A DNA stretch of 58,403 bases from an uncultured Bacilli bacterium (GCA_947627635.1 CANQWT010000002.1:1-58403), one strand, 5' to 3'; positions 44,415 through 55,022 are shown, counted from the first letter of the stretch. A program made the numbers and translations. The notes: generated from the letters alone by a model not told the origin.

Positions 44415-45950
44415 TTACAGGTGATTTGACAACTCTTGTGGATTTATTCTTTGGAATAAGACTTGTGGGTCATTTAATTCATAATGATTTGTTTCTTGAT
44501 AAGTTGGTGTTTTATCACTTGTATTTAATTGTCTTACTATTTCTTTAGAAGTATCAGGAAGGAATGGTTCTATTAGAACAGCACAAACTCTAATGGCTTC
44601 TAGTAAATGATAAAGAACGGTTTCAAGTCTTGCTTCTTTTGTGGTATCTTTCGCTAAAACCCATGGTGTAGTCTCGTCTATATACTTATTACTTGCTCTT
44701 AATACGTCAAAGATTTCTGTAATGGCATCACTTACAGCGAGCATCTGCATTTTGGTATCGACTTTATCTTTGAGTTCTGTAATTTTTTGTAAGAAGTCTT
44801 TATCGCTTTCTTGTGGTTGTTCTTTACATGAGACTTTTTTATCGAAATATTTACTAGCCATAGAAATGGTTCTTTGAACTAAGTTACCTAATACATTTGC
44901 AAGGTCACTATTGATACGTTCTACCATTAAATCAATAGTGATATTCCCATCACTTGCGAAAGGAATTTCATGAAGGAGATAATAACGGACAGCATCTACT
45001 CCAAATAAATCGACTAATTCGTCAGCATAAAGAACATTTCCTTTGGATTTGCTCATTTTATCACTACTCATGAGTAACCAAGGGTGTCCAAAAACTTGTT
45101 TTGGAAGTGGTAAATCTAAGGCCATTAAAAGAATAGGCCAATAAAGGGTATGAAACCTTAAGATATCTTTACCAATTAAGTGTAAATCACAAGGCCAAAA
45201 CTTGTTGAAGGTCTCACTACTTCCATCAGGGTCATAACCTAAGAATGTAATATAGTTGGTTAAGGCATCTATCCAAACATAGACAACATGCTTTGTATCA
45301 AATGATACTGGAATACCCCAAGTAAAAGTGGTTCTTGAAACACATAAGTCTTGTAGTCCTGGTTTTAAAAAGTTATTAACCATTTCATTTTTTCTAGCTT
45401 CTGGTTCAATAAAATGAGGATGGCAATTGATATATTCTTCTAATTGTTTTTGATATTTAGAAAGTTTAAAGAAATAAGCTTCTTCTTTGGCTTTTTTAAC
45501 TTCTCTTCCACAGTCTGGACACTTACCATCAACTAACTGACTTTCCGTAAAAAAGGATTCACATGGAGTACAATAAAGTCCTTCATACTCACTTTTATAA
45601 ATATCTCCTTGATCATAAAGCTTTTTGAAAATCTTTTGAACAATTTCTTCATGATGCTTATCTGTTGTTCTTACAAATTTATCATAGCTTGTATTCATTA
45701 AATCCCAAATCTGTTTGATTTCACTTGAGACTTCATCCACAAAGACTTGAGGTGTTTTTCCTTCTTGTTCTGCTTTTTCTTGTATTTTGATACCATGTTC
45801 GTCTGTTCCTGTTTGAAAATAAACTTCTTCTCCTAAAAAACGATGGTATCTTGCGATAGCATCTGCCAAGACTATCTCATAAGTATTTCCAATATGAGGT
45901 TTTCCACTGGTATAAGCTATTGCAGTTGTCATATAAAATTTCTTTTTCAT
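44415..45950 (-). CDS. metG: Methionine--tRNA ligase (short form without C-terminal tRNA-binding domain)
   Basis: 511 aa; HIGN (HIGH-type) motif, KMSKS motif, zinc knuckle CPDCG. Confidence 0.95.
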   Translation of the reverse strand: MKKKFYMTTAIAYTSGKPHIGNTYEIVLADAIARYHRFLGEEVYFQTGTDEHGIKIQEKAEQEGKTPQVFVDEVSSEIKQIWDLMNTSYDKFVRTTDKHHEEIVQKIFKKLYDQGDIYKSEYEGLYCTPCESFFTESQLVDGKCPDCGREVKKAKEEAYFFKLSKYQKQLEEYINCHPHFIEPEARKNEMVNNFLKPGLQDLCVSRTTFTWGIPVSFDTKHVVYVWIDALTNYITFLGYDPDGSSETFNKFWPCDLHLIGKDILRFHTLYWPILLMALDLPLPKQVFGHPWLLMSSDKMSKSKGNVLYADELVDLFGVDAVRYYLLHEIPFASDGNITIDLMVERINSDLANVLGNLVQRTISMASKYFDKKVSCKEQPQESDKDFLQKITELKDKVDTKMQMLAVSDAITEIFDVLRASNKYIDETTPWVLAKDTTKEARLETVLYHLLEAIRVCAVLIEPFLPDTSKEIVRQLNTSDKTPTYQETNHYELNDPQVLFQRINPQELSNHL

Positions 45951-45974
45951 TTCTTATCCTCCTAAAATAAAAAG

Positions 45975-46190
45975 TTTATCATAACATAAGGGTCCTATAG
46001 GACTGTACCACCTTATTTTATAATAAACTTATTATACACTTATTTTCGTTAACGCCTGTCTACGATTATGCCTACCTATCGACACAATAGTTCAGAAGCC
46101 ATATTCATTTACAGAATTTACTTGCTTTCACCAGTTACAAGTTCTCTTCTTGAAATTCTTTGTAAATAAACTCTTCCTCATCACTTCTTG
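45975..46190 (-). promoter_or_regulatory. T-box leader (Met specifier) upstream of metG
   Basis: Minus strand: GTGATGAGGAAGAG (GA/K-turn-like), AGAGAAC...CTGGTGAAAGC (AG bay / distal loop-like), AAATGAA (AUG specifier followed by a purine), and T-box core AAGGTGGTACAGTCC (46014-46000). Confidence 0.6.
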
Positions 46191-46214
46191 AAACAGATTA
46201 TAACAAAAACTTCA

Positions 46215-46745
46215 CTATTCTTCAACATATTTTGTAAGAAATTGTGCGACAACATTCGTAAGCACAAGGTCTTCTTCTGTTACTTGTTTTTCTTTTGACA
46301 AGATAACAACAAGTCCAATAGATGCTCCTTGTGATAATACTGGAGTAATTGCATAAGAGTATTCGCCTTCAACACCTGCGATAAGTTCAATACGTTTCAT
46401 TCCATCTGATAAGGCTGGTTCACAGTCTCTTAGAATACTTTCTAAGTATGTAGAAAGTGGTTGGGAAAGAAACTTCTTCTTTAACGTTCCACTTCCTGCG
46501 ATAAAGCTATCTCTATCTGTTACATAGATATTCTTCTGTGTATTAGAAGAAATTACTTCTGTAAGCTTTTGAGATACTTCCTCTAAATCTTCCATACTAG
46601 AGTATTTTCTTAGAGTAATTGTTTCATCCTCTACAAAAATCTCTAAAGATTCTCCTTCTCTTATTTTTAGTGTTCTACGAATTTCCTTTGGTATTACTAT
46701 CCTACCTAAATCGTCAATTTTTCGAACAACACCTGTTGTTTTCAT
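46215..46745 (-). CDS. spoVT: AbrB-family regulator SpoVT-like (AbrB N-domain + GAF-like C-domain)
   Basis: 176 aa; TGVVRKIDDLGRIVIPKEIRRTLKIREGESLEIF; conserved position downstream of mfd. Confidence 0.8.
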   Translation of the reverse strand: MKTTGVVRKIDDLGRIVIPKEIRRTLKIREGESLEIFVEDETITLRKYSSMEDLEEVSQKLTEVISSNTQKNIYVTDRDSFIAGSGTLKKKFLSQPLSTYLESILRDCEPALSDGMKRIELIAGVEGEYSYAITPVLSQGASIGLVVILSKEKQVTEEDLVLTNVVAQFLTKYVEE

Positions 46746-46995
46746 ATAATCATCCTTTCTTCTCTACCATTATTGTTTTCAAATTTCTTTCGCTTATACA
46801 ATTTTTTCTCTTATATATATTATATACGTTTCTTCCAAGATTTCCCTTGGAAATAATTTCCAACTATTTTTGAGAAATTTATGGCATTTTTGCATATTTT
46901 TTCACTATTTTTTGAAAATTCAGAGAAGAAAAAAAGCCGTTTAAGGCCTTATATTTCAAGGGAAAATGAAGAATTACTACGAACTTTTTTACTGT

Positions 46996-47637
46996 CTAAT
47001 CAAAAAGATGGGAATTTTCTAAAGTAAACAAATAACGATTTGTTTGTTCTTTCAAAACATTTAAAAGTGTCGTATCTTTTACTAAAATTTTGATATCTAA
47101 ACTCTCTAAAATTTGTTTACAATATTTCTTTTTTATAAAATCTTTCATTTGTTTTGAAGTCGCCGTTAAATTTTCTTTTTCTTTACAAAACAATTTTGAT
47201 AAATTTTGAAGAATTAAAGTGTCAACATTTTTCTCTAAAGTTTGTTTGACTTCTTTTTGAATTTGTTTATCAATTTGAATTAAATCTTTTTTTAAAATCT
47301 TGATACTATCTTGTTGGTTCTTTGTAAAAGACTTTAGTAGTGCAAGAAGAGCATCTTCTCTTATTTTACCAATATGAGCAAGACTTTTCTGCATGGCTTG
47401 TTGATACTTTAAAATCATATCATTTAATGTTGTAACTTCTAAGACCATTTTTTGCTCTTTGGCAAGAACTAAAAGCTTACTTCTAATAATATCCATGGAA
47501 TCCAAGGGTGGTTTATCAAAAAGAGGTTTTAAATCGTCCTCAATAAGGGCTTGGGTATTATTATGAATGAGTTCTTTTACTGCTTGAATATAATTTTCTT
47601 TATGAACTTGTTCAAATTCTTGTTTATGTTCTTTCAT
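46996..47637 (-). CDS. Hypothetical helical or coiled-coil protein
   Basis: 213 aa from ATG 47637 (AGGTG upstream); K/E/Q/L-rich. No family recognised. Confidence 0.5.
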   Translation of the reverse strand: MKEHKQEFEQVHKENYIQAVKELIHNNTQALIEDDLKPLFDKPPLDSMDIIRSKLLVLAKEQKMVLEVTTLNDMILKYQQAMQKSLAHIGKIREDALLALLKSFTKNQQDSIKILKKDLIQIDKQIQKEVKQTLEKNVDTLILQNLSKLFCKEKENLTATSKQMKDFIKKKYCKQILESLDIKILVKDTTLLNVLKEQTNRYLFTLENSHLFD

Positions 47638-47687
47638 CTTGACACCTACCATAATAAGAATAACAGGAGATGGTTTTTTTGACAAGA

Positions 47688-50600
47688 TTACTTTTTCGTT
47701 TTTTGCTTTTTAATACTCTCTAGGATTTGTACCAAGTAAATAATTGGATGCTTTTCAAGACGAATGGTATCTAAAAGAATTGTCAAATCGTCATTTTGGC
47801 TTTTAAAACGAAACATTGTTGTAATATGAAAGGCATCCATAAAGAGTTGTTCCGTATCGATATTCTTGACAAATTCCTTAGAAAAATGAAGTTCTATCGT
47901 ATTTCTTAACTGTCTAACATTAGAAACTGGAAGGGTTTTAGATAAGTATTCAAACCATTCCTCATACATATAAATAATCAACTCTTCTGGAAGATGGCCA
48001 AAACGGTCTTCAAGTTCCACTTTTACTTGTTTGAATGTTTTTTCGTCTTGGATTTCGTTAATTTTCCGATGGATTTCTAACTTCAACTCTTCTTCTTGGA
48101 CATAACTATCTGAAATATGAGTAGAAACTCTTATAGAAGGCGTATTAGAAGTTTGAGTTTTATCTTCTTCTTGGACTATCTCTCCTTTTTGTCTTGAAAC
48201 TTCTTCATTCAACATTTTCAAGTATAAATCAATTCCAACCGTATCAATAAAACCTGCTTGTTCACTTCCTAAAATATCTCCTGCCCCACGAATAGATAAA
48301 TCACGAGTAGCAATAGAAAAACCACTTCCTAATTCTGTGAACTCTTTAATGACATTCAAACGTTTAATCGCAGTCTCAGTTAAGACTTTCTGAGGTTGAT
48401 ACATTAAATAAGCATAGGCGATTTTATTACTTCTTCCAACACGTCCCCTTATCTGATAAAGCTGACTTAAACCAAATCTATCTGCCCCTAAAATAATCAA
48501 AGTATTGACGTTTGGAATATCGATACCTGTCTCAATAATCGTCGTACAAACTAAAATATCGTATTCATGGTTCATAAAAGCAAACATTTTATCTTCGATT
48601 TCATCCCGTGACATTTGCCCATGAGCATAAGTTACTTTGGCATCTGGGACTAAATTTTCTATTTTCGCAACTTGGAGCGTTATATTTTCTACTCGGTTAT
48701 ACAAAATGAAAACTTGACCTTGTCTTGATAACTCTTTATAAATTGCATCTTTAATCACTTGTTGATTTTCTTCTAAAACATAAGTCTGTATTGGATAACG
48801 GTCAATAGGAGCTGTTTCAATTAAAGAAAGACTACGAATACCAACAATAGACATTTGTAAGGTTCTTGGAATAGGAGTTGCCGTAAGTGTTAAGACGTCT
48901 ACATTTGTTTTATATTGCTTGATTTTTTCTTTATGTTTGACCCCAAAACGTTGTTCCTCATCAATGATTAAAAGCCCTAAATCTTTGAGTTTGATATCGT
49001 CTGAGAGAAGACGGTGCGTTCCAAAGACTAAATCAATGGTTCCATCTTCTAATCCCGCAAGAATTCTCTTCACTTCCTTTGGTGGAGTAAACCGGTTCAG
49101 TAAAGCCATAGATATTGGAAAATCATGAAAACGAGCCTTCGCATTTTGATAATGTTGATTAGAAAGAATAGTTGTAGGACATAAAAACAAAACTTGTTTA
49201 CTATCATTGATGGCTTTGAATGCAGCACAAAAAGCTACTTCTGTTTTCCCATAGCCAACGTCCCCACATAAAAGTCTATCCATTGGTGCAGGTTTTTCCA
49301 TATCCTCTTTAATCTGCAGCAAAGCACTACTTTGGTCTTTGGTCATTTCAAATGGAAAAGCTTTTTCAAACTCACGTTGTAACTCTGTATCTTTAGAAAA
49401 AGCAAAGCCTTTTTGGCGTTCTCTTGCAGCATAAAGTTCTAAGAGTTGTTTTGCCATATCTTGAACTCGACTACGAATTCTAGATTTTGTCTTCGTCCAA
49501 AGACTACCGCCTAGTTTATGAATGGTTGGACGAATGCCTTCTTTTCCTGTGTATTTAGACAACAATTCTATCTTTTCAACTGGAATATAAAGTTTATCAT
49601 TTCCAGCATATTCTACTTCTAAATAATCATTTTCTAAATTTCCAAGTGTAAGAGTTTTAATCCCTCGATAAATACCAATACCATTGACTTCATGGACAAC
49701 ATAATCTCCAACAGACAACTTATTTAAATCATGAAGTTTGGTTGCATACTTAAATTTATTCTTATAAACTTTCTTTTGCTTTGGAACATTGAATAATTCA
49801 TTGGCCGTAATAAAAACATAATCCTGATAACAAAACCCTTCTTGCATTTCAAAGTCTACTAAGTTCACAACATTAGGAGATAAATTATCAAAAGTAGTCA
49901 GTTTTGTCTTCATGTGAATTTGCTTCGCAAAATGGTCTAATTGATAAGACTTAAGGGCAACAACAACTGTTTGCTTTTTAGAAAAACACTTCTCTATCCA
50001 CTTTTCAATAGCTTCTTGGTTCTCATTAAACTTAGGAACAGATAAAACATGAAAGTCTTTTAATGCAACTTTCTTTTCATAATTATTCACCGTTGAATAT
50101 TTTAAGGCTGGACGAGGAAGAAAACTTTCTAACTCATGCATATATTTCCCTTTAAAATCAATATCTTTACTAGACTGATACGTAAAGATTTCTTCCTGCA
50201 TTGTCTCATAACTTGTAGAAATTGTATTATAATCTTGATAAATTAAAATCGGATTTTTTAAATAATCATAGATGGAAGAAGGTGTGGAATAGTTTGCCAA
50301 AAACTTTTGAGGCATATCTTCTTCTAGTTCTATCTCCTCTTGGGTTAAAAACTCTGTATACGGATAAACCGTAATTTGTTCAATTTCTTGAATAGACGTT
50401 TGAGTTTTCTCGTCAAAAGTACGAATGGATTCAATAGTATCTCCAAAAAATTCAAAGCGAATAGGATGCTCCAAAAGAAGAGGAAAAATATCCACAATAA
50501 AACCTCGCTCTGCCATTTCCCCAGTATTTGTAACAATGGTTTCTCTTTTATACCCTAATCTAGAAAGCATAGAAACTAATTTTTTAGGGTCTATTTCTTC

Positions 50601-50993
50601 ATTCTTAGAAAGTGTTAAAACTGCATTTTGATAAGTCGTTCTTGAAGGCAAATATCGCAAGTATCCCATCAAGTTTGCTACCACTATTTTTGGTCGCTCC
50701 TCTAGTAAAGCCATCAAAGTTTCAATTCTTTTCATTTTAAGGTCAGGAGAAATTGCTACAGCTTCACTCGTTAAGAAGTCATCCATTGGAAACAAATATA
50801 CGTCATTGGTATAAGTTGTAAGATTATCCACTAACGTGTTTGCTTCATATAAACTTGCAGTAACCACTAAAAGACTTCTCTTTTCTTTTTGTAAAAGAGA
50901 AGCAAGTAAGATACTATAACTTTCCTTTGTCATTCCACCAAATACAAGGTCTTTTGTATCTGATAAAGAAAATAATTGCTTTAAAAAGTTCAT
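47688..50993 (-). CDS. mfd: Transcription-repair coupling factor
   Basis: About 1101 aa; UvrB-homology N-terminus, CarD/RID domain (..GDYVVHEVNGIGIY..), superfamily-2 helicase motifs (GDVGYGKTEVA, DEEQRFG), TRG and C-terminal D7. Start set to ATG 50993 (AGGTGA upstream). Confidence 0.95.
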   Translation of the reverse strand: MNFLKQLFSLSDTKDLVFGGMTKESYSILLASLLQKEKRSLLVVTASLYEANTLVDNLTTYTNDVYLFPMDDFLTSEAVAISPDLKMKRIETLMALLEERPKIVVANLMGYLRYLPSRTTYQNAVLTLSKNEEIDPKKLVSMLSRLGYKRETIVTNTGEMAERGFIVDIFPLLLEHPIRFEFFGDTIESIRTFDEKTQTSIQEIEQITVYPYTEFLTQEEIELEEDMPQKFLANYSTPSSIYDYLKNPILIYQDYNTISTSYETMQEEIFTYQSSKDIDFKGKYMHELESFLPRPALKYSTVNNYEKKVALKDFHVLSVPKFNENQEAIEKWIEKCFSKKQTVVVALKSYQLDHFAKQIHMKTKLTTFDNLSPNVVNLVDFEMQEGFCYQDYVFITANELFNVPKQKKVYKNKFKYATKLHDLNKLSVGDYVVHEVNGIGIYRGIKTLTLGNLENDYLEVEYAGNDKLYIPVEKIELLSKYTGKEGIRPTIHKLGGSLWTKTKSRIRSRVQDMAKQLLELYAARERQKGFAFSKDTELQREFEKAFPFEMTKDQSSALLQIKEDMEKPAPMDRLLCGDVGYGKTEVAFCAAFKAINDSKQVLFLCPTTILSNQHYQNAKARFHDFPISMALLNRFTPPKEVKRILAGLEDGTIDLVFGTHRLLSDDIKLKDLGLLIIDEEQRFGVKHKEKIKQYKTNVDVLTLTATPIPRTLQMSIVGIRSLSLIETAPIDRYPIQTYVLEENQQVIKDAIYKELSRQGQVFILYNRVENITLQVAKIENLVPDAKVTYAHGQMSRDEIEDKMFAFMNHEYDILVCTTIIETGIDIPNVNTLIILGADRFGLSQLYQIRGRVGRSNKIAYAYLMYQPQKVLTETAIKRLNVIKEFTELGSGFSIATRDLSIRGAGDILGSEQAGFIDTVGIDLYLKMLNEEVSRQKGEIVQEEDKTQTSNTPSIRVSTHISDSYVQEEELKLEIHRKINEIQDEKTFKQVKVELEDRFGHLPEELIIYMYEEWFEYLSKTLPVSNVRQLRNTIELHFSKEFVKNIDTEQLFMDAFHITTMFRFKSQNDDLTILLDTIRLEKHPIIYLVQILESIKKQKTKK

Positions 50994-50997
50994 ACTA

Positions 50998-51558
50998 TCA
51001 CCTATTTTTTTCACTATATTGGCTCATTAAAATTGAAAAGTCCATTGTAAAAAATCCATCAATAATCTTTGTAATTTTAGGTTGTAATTCTTCTAATACT
51101 TGTTGTTCTTTTTTAGAAAATTTTCCTAATACATAGTCAATTGTACTTTGGTCTTTATCATTAGAAATACCAATTTTTAAACGTTTATAGTTTTGGGTTT
51201 TTAAATGAAGTTCAATGTTTCTTAAGCCATTATGACCTCCACAACTTCCCCTCGCTTTGAGTTTAATATTTCCAAGACTTAAGTCTAAATCGTCACAGAT
51301 TACTAAAATATTTTCAATTGGAATATCATAGTATTTTTGAAAAGAGGATACAACTTCACCTGATAAATTCATAAAAGAAAGTGGTTCTACAAAAACAACT
51401 TTTTCCCCATTTACAAATTGTTCAATAAAGCGAGCCCTATTTTTTTCTTTCCAATTATCAAGACCTTTTTCTTTTAAGTAAGCTTCTAAAAAATAAAAAC
51501 CTGTATTATGTCTTGTATTTTTGTATTCTTCACCTGGGTTTCCTAACCCTACTATCAT
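50998..51558 (-). CDS. pth: Peptidyl-tRNA hydrolase
   Basis: MIVGLGNPG... N-terminus, TRHN, GGHNGLR motifs. Confidence 0.93.
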   Translation of the reverse strand: MIVGLGNPGEEYKNTRHNTGFYFLEAYLKEKGLDNWKEKNRARFIEQFVNGEKVVFVEPLSFMNLSGEVVSSFQKYYDIPIENILVICDDLDLSLGNIKLKARGSCGGHNGLRNIELHLKTQNYKRLKIGISNDKDQSTIDYVLGKFSKKEQQVLEELQPKITKIIDGFFTMDFSILMSQYSEKNR

Positions 51559-51610
51559 TTTCAAAAATATCACCTCCAATAATTTGATAACTCATTTTCT
51601 ACAACTCATT

Positions 51611-52444
51611 TTAGTCCTTATGATACGCTTTGTAAATCTCTGATTTTGATACGCCCCGCTCTTTGGCAACCTTTTTCATAGCCTCATTCAAGGAAAGATT
51701 ATCTTCTAAGTATAAGTCTACATGTTCTTTGATACTTAAATCTTCGTAATCTACTTGGTCATGATTACCCTCAACTACTACAACAATTTCTCCTTTCATA
51801 GTAGAGGCCTCTTCTAATACTTCTTCTATTGTTCCATAGTAATAAGTCTCATGAATTTTAGAAATTTCTCTAGCTACTGCAATTGTTCTATTTCCAAAGA
51901 CTTCTAAAAGTGTGGATAACATTGTCGAAATACGATGACAGGATTCATAGAAGATTATCGAAAAAGGATATTGTTTCAAACGTTCTAGTTCCTTTTTCAT
52001 TTTACTTTCTTTCGCATTTAAAAAACCATAGAATAAAAATGGAGATGGAGGAAGTCCACTAGAAGTCAAAGCAGGAACAAAAGCTGTTGCTCCTGGAAGA
52101 GAAATCACAGTCTTTCCTTTTTGTAAAAGATAAGAGACCACTTTATATCCAGGGTCACTAATAATCGGTGTTCCTTGGTCCGTGACTAATCCTACATTTT
52201 TTCCTTCTTCTAAATAGGCTTCAATGGTTGTTTTCATTTGGTCTTCATTATATTCATGACAACTAACAAGCTTCTTTTTGATTTCATAGTTTGCAAGTAA
52301 AATTCCCGTAGTTCTTGTATCTTCACAAAGTAAGATATCCACCATTTTAAGTGTATTAAGACTTCTTATCGTAATATCTTCTAAATTTCCAATAGGTGTT
52401 GGAATAAGATATAGAGCATTTGCTACTTCATAACTTTTTTGCAT
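51611..52444 (-). CDS. rsmI: 16S rRNA (cytidine1402-2'-O)-methyltransferase
   Basis: LYLIPTPIGNLEDIT, CEDTR and SDPG blocks; AAGGAG 8 nt upstream of ATG 52444. Confidence 0.9.
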   Translation of the reverse strand: MQKSYEVANALYLIPTPIGNLEDITIRSLNTLKMVDILLCEDTRTTGILLANYEIKKKLVSCHEYNEDQMKTTIEAYLEEGKNVGLVTDQGTPIISDPGYKVVSYLLQKGKTVISLPGATAFVPALTSSGLPPSPFLFYGFLNAKESKMKKELERLKQYPFSIIFYESCHRISTMLSTLLEVFGNRTIAVAREISKIHETYYYGTIEEVLEEASTMKGEIVVVVEGNHDQVDYEDLSIKEHVDLYLEDNLSLNEAMKKVAKERGVSKSEIYKAYHKD

Positions 52445-53148
52445 GTGGAACACTCCTTTCTCTCATTGATATAAAGAGGTGGTAATATTTTTAATTCTCT
52501 TTTACCATATTTTGTCGCTTCAAGCAAGAAAAGTTTCGAAACACTTTCCCTAGAATGAAACACAAATTGAATTTTTTTTGCTTCAAATTGATAAAGCTTT
52601 AAAGCCTCTAAAACGTCTAATAATCTATCAGTTCGATAAATAAAAATAAATCTTCCATTATCTTTTAACATTTTTTTCGCTGTTTCAAAAAGTTCTTGAA
52701 GCGTAATTGCAATTTCACAGCGAGCATATTTCTTGTGAATATCATGACTAAGAACTTTCTCTTCCTGATAAGGAAAATATGGTGGATTTGAAACAACAAT
52801 ATCAAATGTTTCTTTCTCTATCACTTTATCAAGACATTTCATATCACAATTTATCAGGTGAATTTTATCTTCCAAATGATTATAGGAAACAGACTTTTTA
52901 GAGAGGTTGTAGACGTCTTCTTGAATTTCAACACCTGTAATTTCTATATTTGTTTTCAACGATAAAAGGAGTGGAATTGTTCCAATGCCACTTCCTAAAT
53001 CTAAGATTTTTTTATCTTTTAAATGAATTTTGATAAAATCGCATAAAATTACACTATCAGTTGTCGTTGTAAACCAGTCCGTATTTTTATAGATTTGTAT
53101 AGTCTTTCCTTGAAAATCAATTGGCTCTAGTTTTTCCATCTTATACAT
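52423..53148 (-). CDS. tRNA (adenine-N6)-methyltransferase, YabB/TrmN6-like
   Basis: LDLGSGIG SAM motif and NPPYF catalytic motif; yabB position upstream of rsmI. Confidence 0.8.
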   Translation of the reverse strand: MYKMEKLEPIDFQGKTIQIYKNTDWFTTTTDSVILCDFIKIHLKDKKILDLGSGIGTIPLLLSLKTNIEITGVEIQEDVYNLSKKSVSYNHLEDKIHLINCDMKCLDKVIEKETFDIVVSNPPYFPYQEEKVLSHDIHKKYARCEIAITLQELFETAKKMLKDNGRFIFIYRTDRLLDVLEALKLYQFEAKKIQFVFHSRESVSKLFLLEATKYGKRELKILPPLYINERKECSTCKKVMK

Positions 53149-53920
53149 TCATGACCACAATATCATTATTATTTAATTGTACTTCATAAGTTCCTTTTAA
53201 TAAATGTATTGCGATAACCTTTCCTTTGCCTTCTTTTGTTTCAACAGTACTATTGATTTCTGGAAATTTCTTTTTCAAATCTCGATAAAGTTCATCTTCA
53301 TAGTTCAGACAACATAACAGTCTTCCACATAAACCATTGATTTTAGTCGGATTAAGAGCTAAATCTTGATTTTTTGCCATATTGATAGAAACTGGAGCAA
53401 AATCTTTTAAAAACTGATTACAACATAGTACTAATCCACAAGGACCTAAGCCTCCTACTTTCATTGCTTTATCGCGAACTCCAATTTGTCTTAATTCAAT
53501 TCTTGTTTTATATTTAGAAGCAAGACGCTTAGCAAGTTGTCTAAAATCAACTCTTTGTTCAGCAAGATAAGTAAAAAACAATTGATTTCTATCAAATGTA
53601 TAGTTTGCATCAATAAATTGCATGGACAATTTAAGTTCTGTAGCCATTTGTTTAGCATCTTTTAAGGCAGCTAGACTTTCTTTGTCGTTTTTCTTTTTTT
53701 GGTCTTGGTCCTTTTGAGTAGCAAGTCTTATGATTTCTTTAACAGTAGAACTAACTTCATTATCTTCATACTCTATAGGAGCGACCTTCACAAAACCATA
53801 CTCAATTGTTCCATCGATTTCAACAATAACAGCATCTCCTTTTTTCAAAGAAAAATCTAGAGCTTTATAAAATTGTATTTTAGGATGATTTGGAAGTTTT
53901 ATTCCAACTATTTTCTGCAT
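53141..53920 (-). CDS. ricT: PSP1-domain protein YaaT/RicT
   Basis: 259 aa; Cys-rich GPCGLVLCC / CGRLLCCL blocks typical of YaaT; position after holB. Confidence 0.88.
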   Translation of the reverse strand: MQKIVGIKLPNHPKIQFYKALDFSLKKGDAVIVEIDGTIEYGFVKVAPIEYEDNEVSSTVKEIIRLATQKDQDQKKKNDKESLAALKDAKQMATELKLSMQFIDANYTFDRNQLFFTYLAEQRVDFRQLAKRLASKYKTRIELRQIGVRDKAMKVGGLGPCGLVLCCNQFLKDFAPVSINMAKNQDLALNPTKINGLCGRLLCCLNYEDELYRDLKKKFPEINSTVETKEGKGKVIAIHLLKGTYEVQLNNNDIVVMNV

Positions 53921-53921
53921 C

Positions 53922-54788
53922 TTATACCTCCATCAATTGTAATAAAAATGTATCTAACCATGATTTAAAGTGTACATTAAATTGTAATTCTTGATATTTT
54001 TTTTCAATAATTTCTAGGATTTGTATTAACTCTTCTTGAGAAAAATAATCTTGATAGGCATGGATTTCTTCTTGATTTTGCCCCGAACTTATTTGATAGT
54101 TATTTTTTAATAAGTTCGATAAAAATTGATTTAGTTCATTTAATATTGTAATACTTTTTTGTCTATCAATAAAGATTTGTTCTTGAATTTGTTGATAATT
54201 TAACATTAAGTCTTGTTGTTTTCTTCTACTTAATAATTCTAAAAAATTCTTAGTATCAATGGATAATTCCTCATTTTGCGTCTTGTATGGTTCAAACGTT
54301 AAAATTTGGCATCTTGATAAAATTGTATCTAACATTTGATAACGGTTATCTGTTGTTAAGACTGCGATAATTCCTTCTTCAGGTTCTTCCAAAAATTTTA
54401 AAATTGTATTCGCAGAGCTTGTATTTAATTTATCAGCATCATAAATAATGTAAATTTGATAACCATCATAGACAGGCTTTTCCAAAAGAGCTTCCTTAAC
54501 ATTAAAAAGTTCTTCTTTTTTTATCATGGAAGCAGAAGTCTTTAAAATCTTTAAATCAGGAAAACTTCCATTTTCAAGTAAAGTATGAAGTTTTTCTTTG
54601 GGTAGAATATCTTCATTTAATTTCAATTTGAATAATTCTTCTACAAAAGCTAGGACAAGTTCTTCTTTATTCAAAACATTTTTTGTTTCAATTAAATAAG
54701 CATGTTGTACTTTTTTACTTTCTTGAAGAGGTTTTACAACATTTTGATAAAATTTAGGTTGTTGTTCTAATAAAATATTACTGCCCAT
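53922..54788 (-). CDS. holB: DNA polymerase III delta' subunit
   Basis: 288 aa from ATG 54788 (AAGGAGG upstream); HAYLIE-type block, ..LKFLEEP.., ..TILSRCQ.. motifs. Confidence 0.8.
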   Translation of the reverse strand: MGSNILLEQQPKFYQNVVKPLQESKKVQHAYLIETKNVLNKEELVLAFVEELFKLKLNEDILPKEKLHTLLENGSFPDLKILKTSASMIKKEELFNVKEALLEKPVYDGYQIYIIYDADKLNTSSANTILKFLEEPEEGIIAVLTTDNRYQMLDTILSRCQILTFEPYKTQNEELSIDTKNFLELLSRRKQQDLMLNYQQIQEQIFIDRQKSITILNELNQFLSNLLKNNYQISSGQNQEEIHAYQDYFSQEELIQILEIIEKKYQELQFNVHFKSWLDTFLLQLMEV

Positions 54789-54798
54789 AAAGTCCTCC

Positions 54799-54993
54799 TT
54801 AAAATAAAAGAACACGTAGTAAAATAAGTGCGAATAATGCAGGAATTCCTAAGATACTTACTGCTCCTACTGTGAAACAATTAAGAGGAATAATTTGATT
54901 AAAGGAAACTGCGATTAAATTATAACCATAAATTACAAAAATACCTAATATTATCCTCTTGATTATTTGGATTATAAGCTTCATAAGTATCAC
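54799..54993 (-). CDS. BofA-family small membrane protein (pro-sigmaK processing inhibitor-like)
   Basis: 64 aa, two TM segments, ..GAVSILGIPALFALILL.. resembles BofA; position after recR as in B. subtilis. Confidence 0.5.
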   Translation of the reverse strand: MILMKLIIQIIKRIILGIFVIYGYNLIAVSFNQIIPLNCFTVGAVSILGIPALFALILLRVLLF

Positions 54994-55022
54994 CTATTAA
55001 ATCGTATGTTGGAAAGAAAAGT

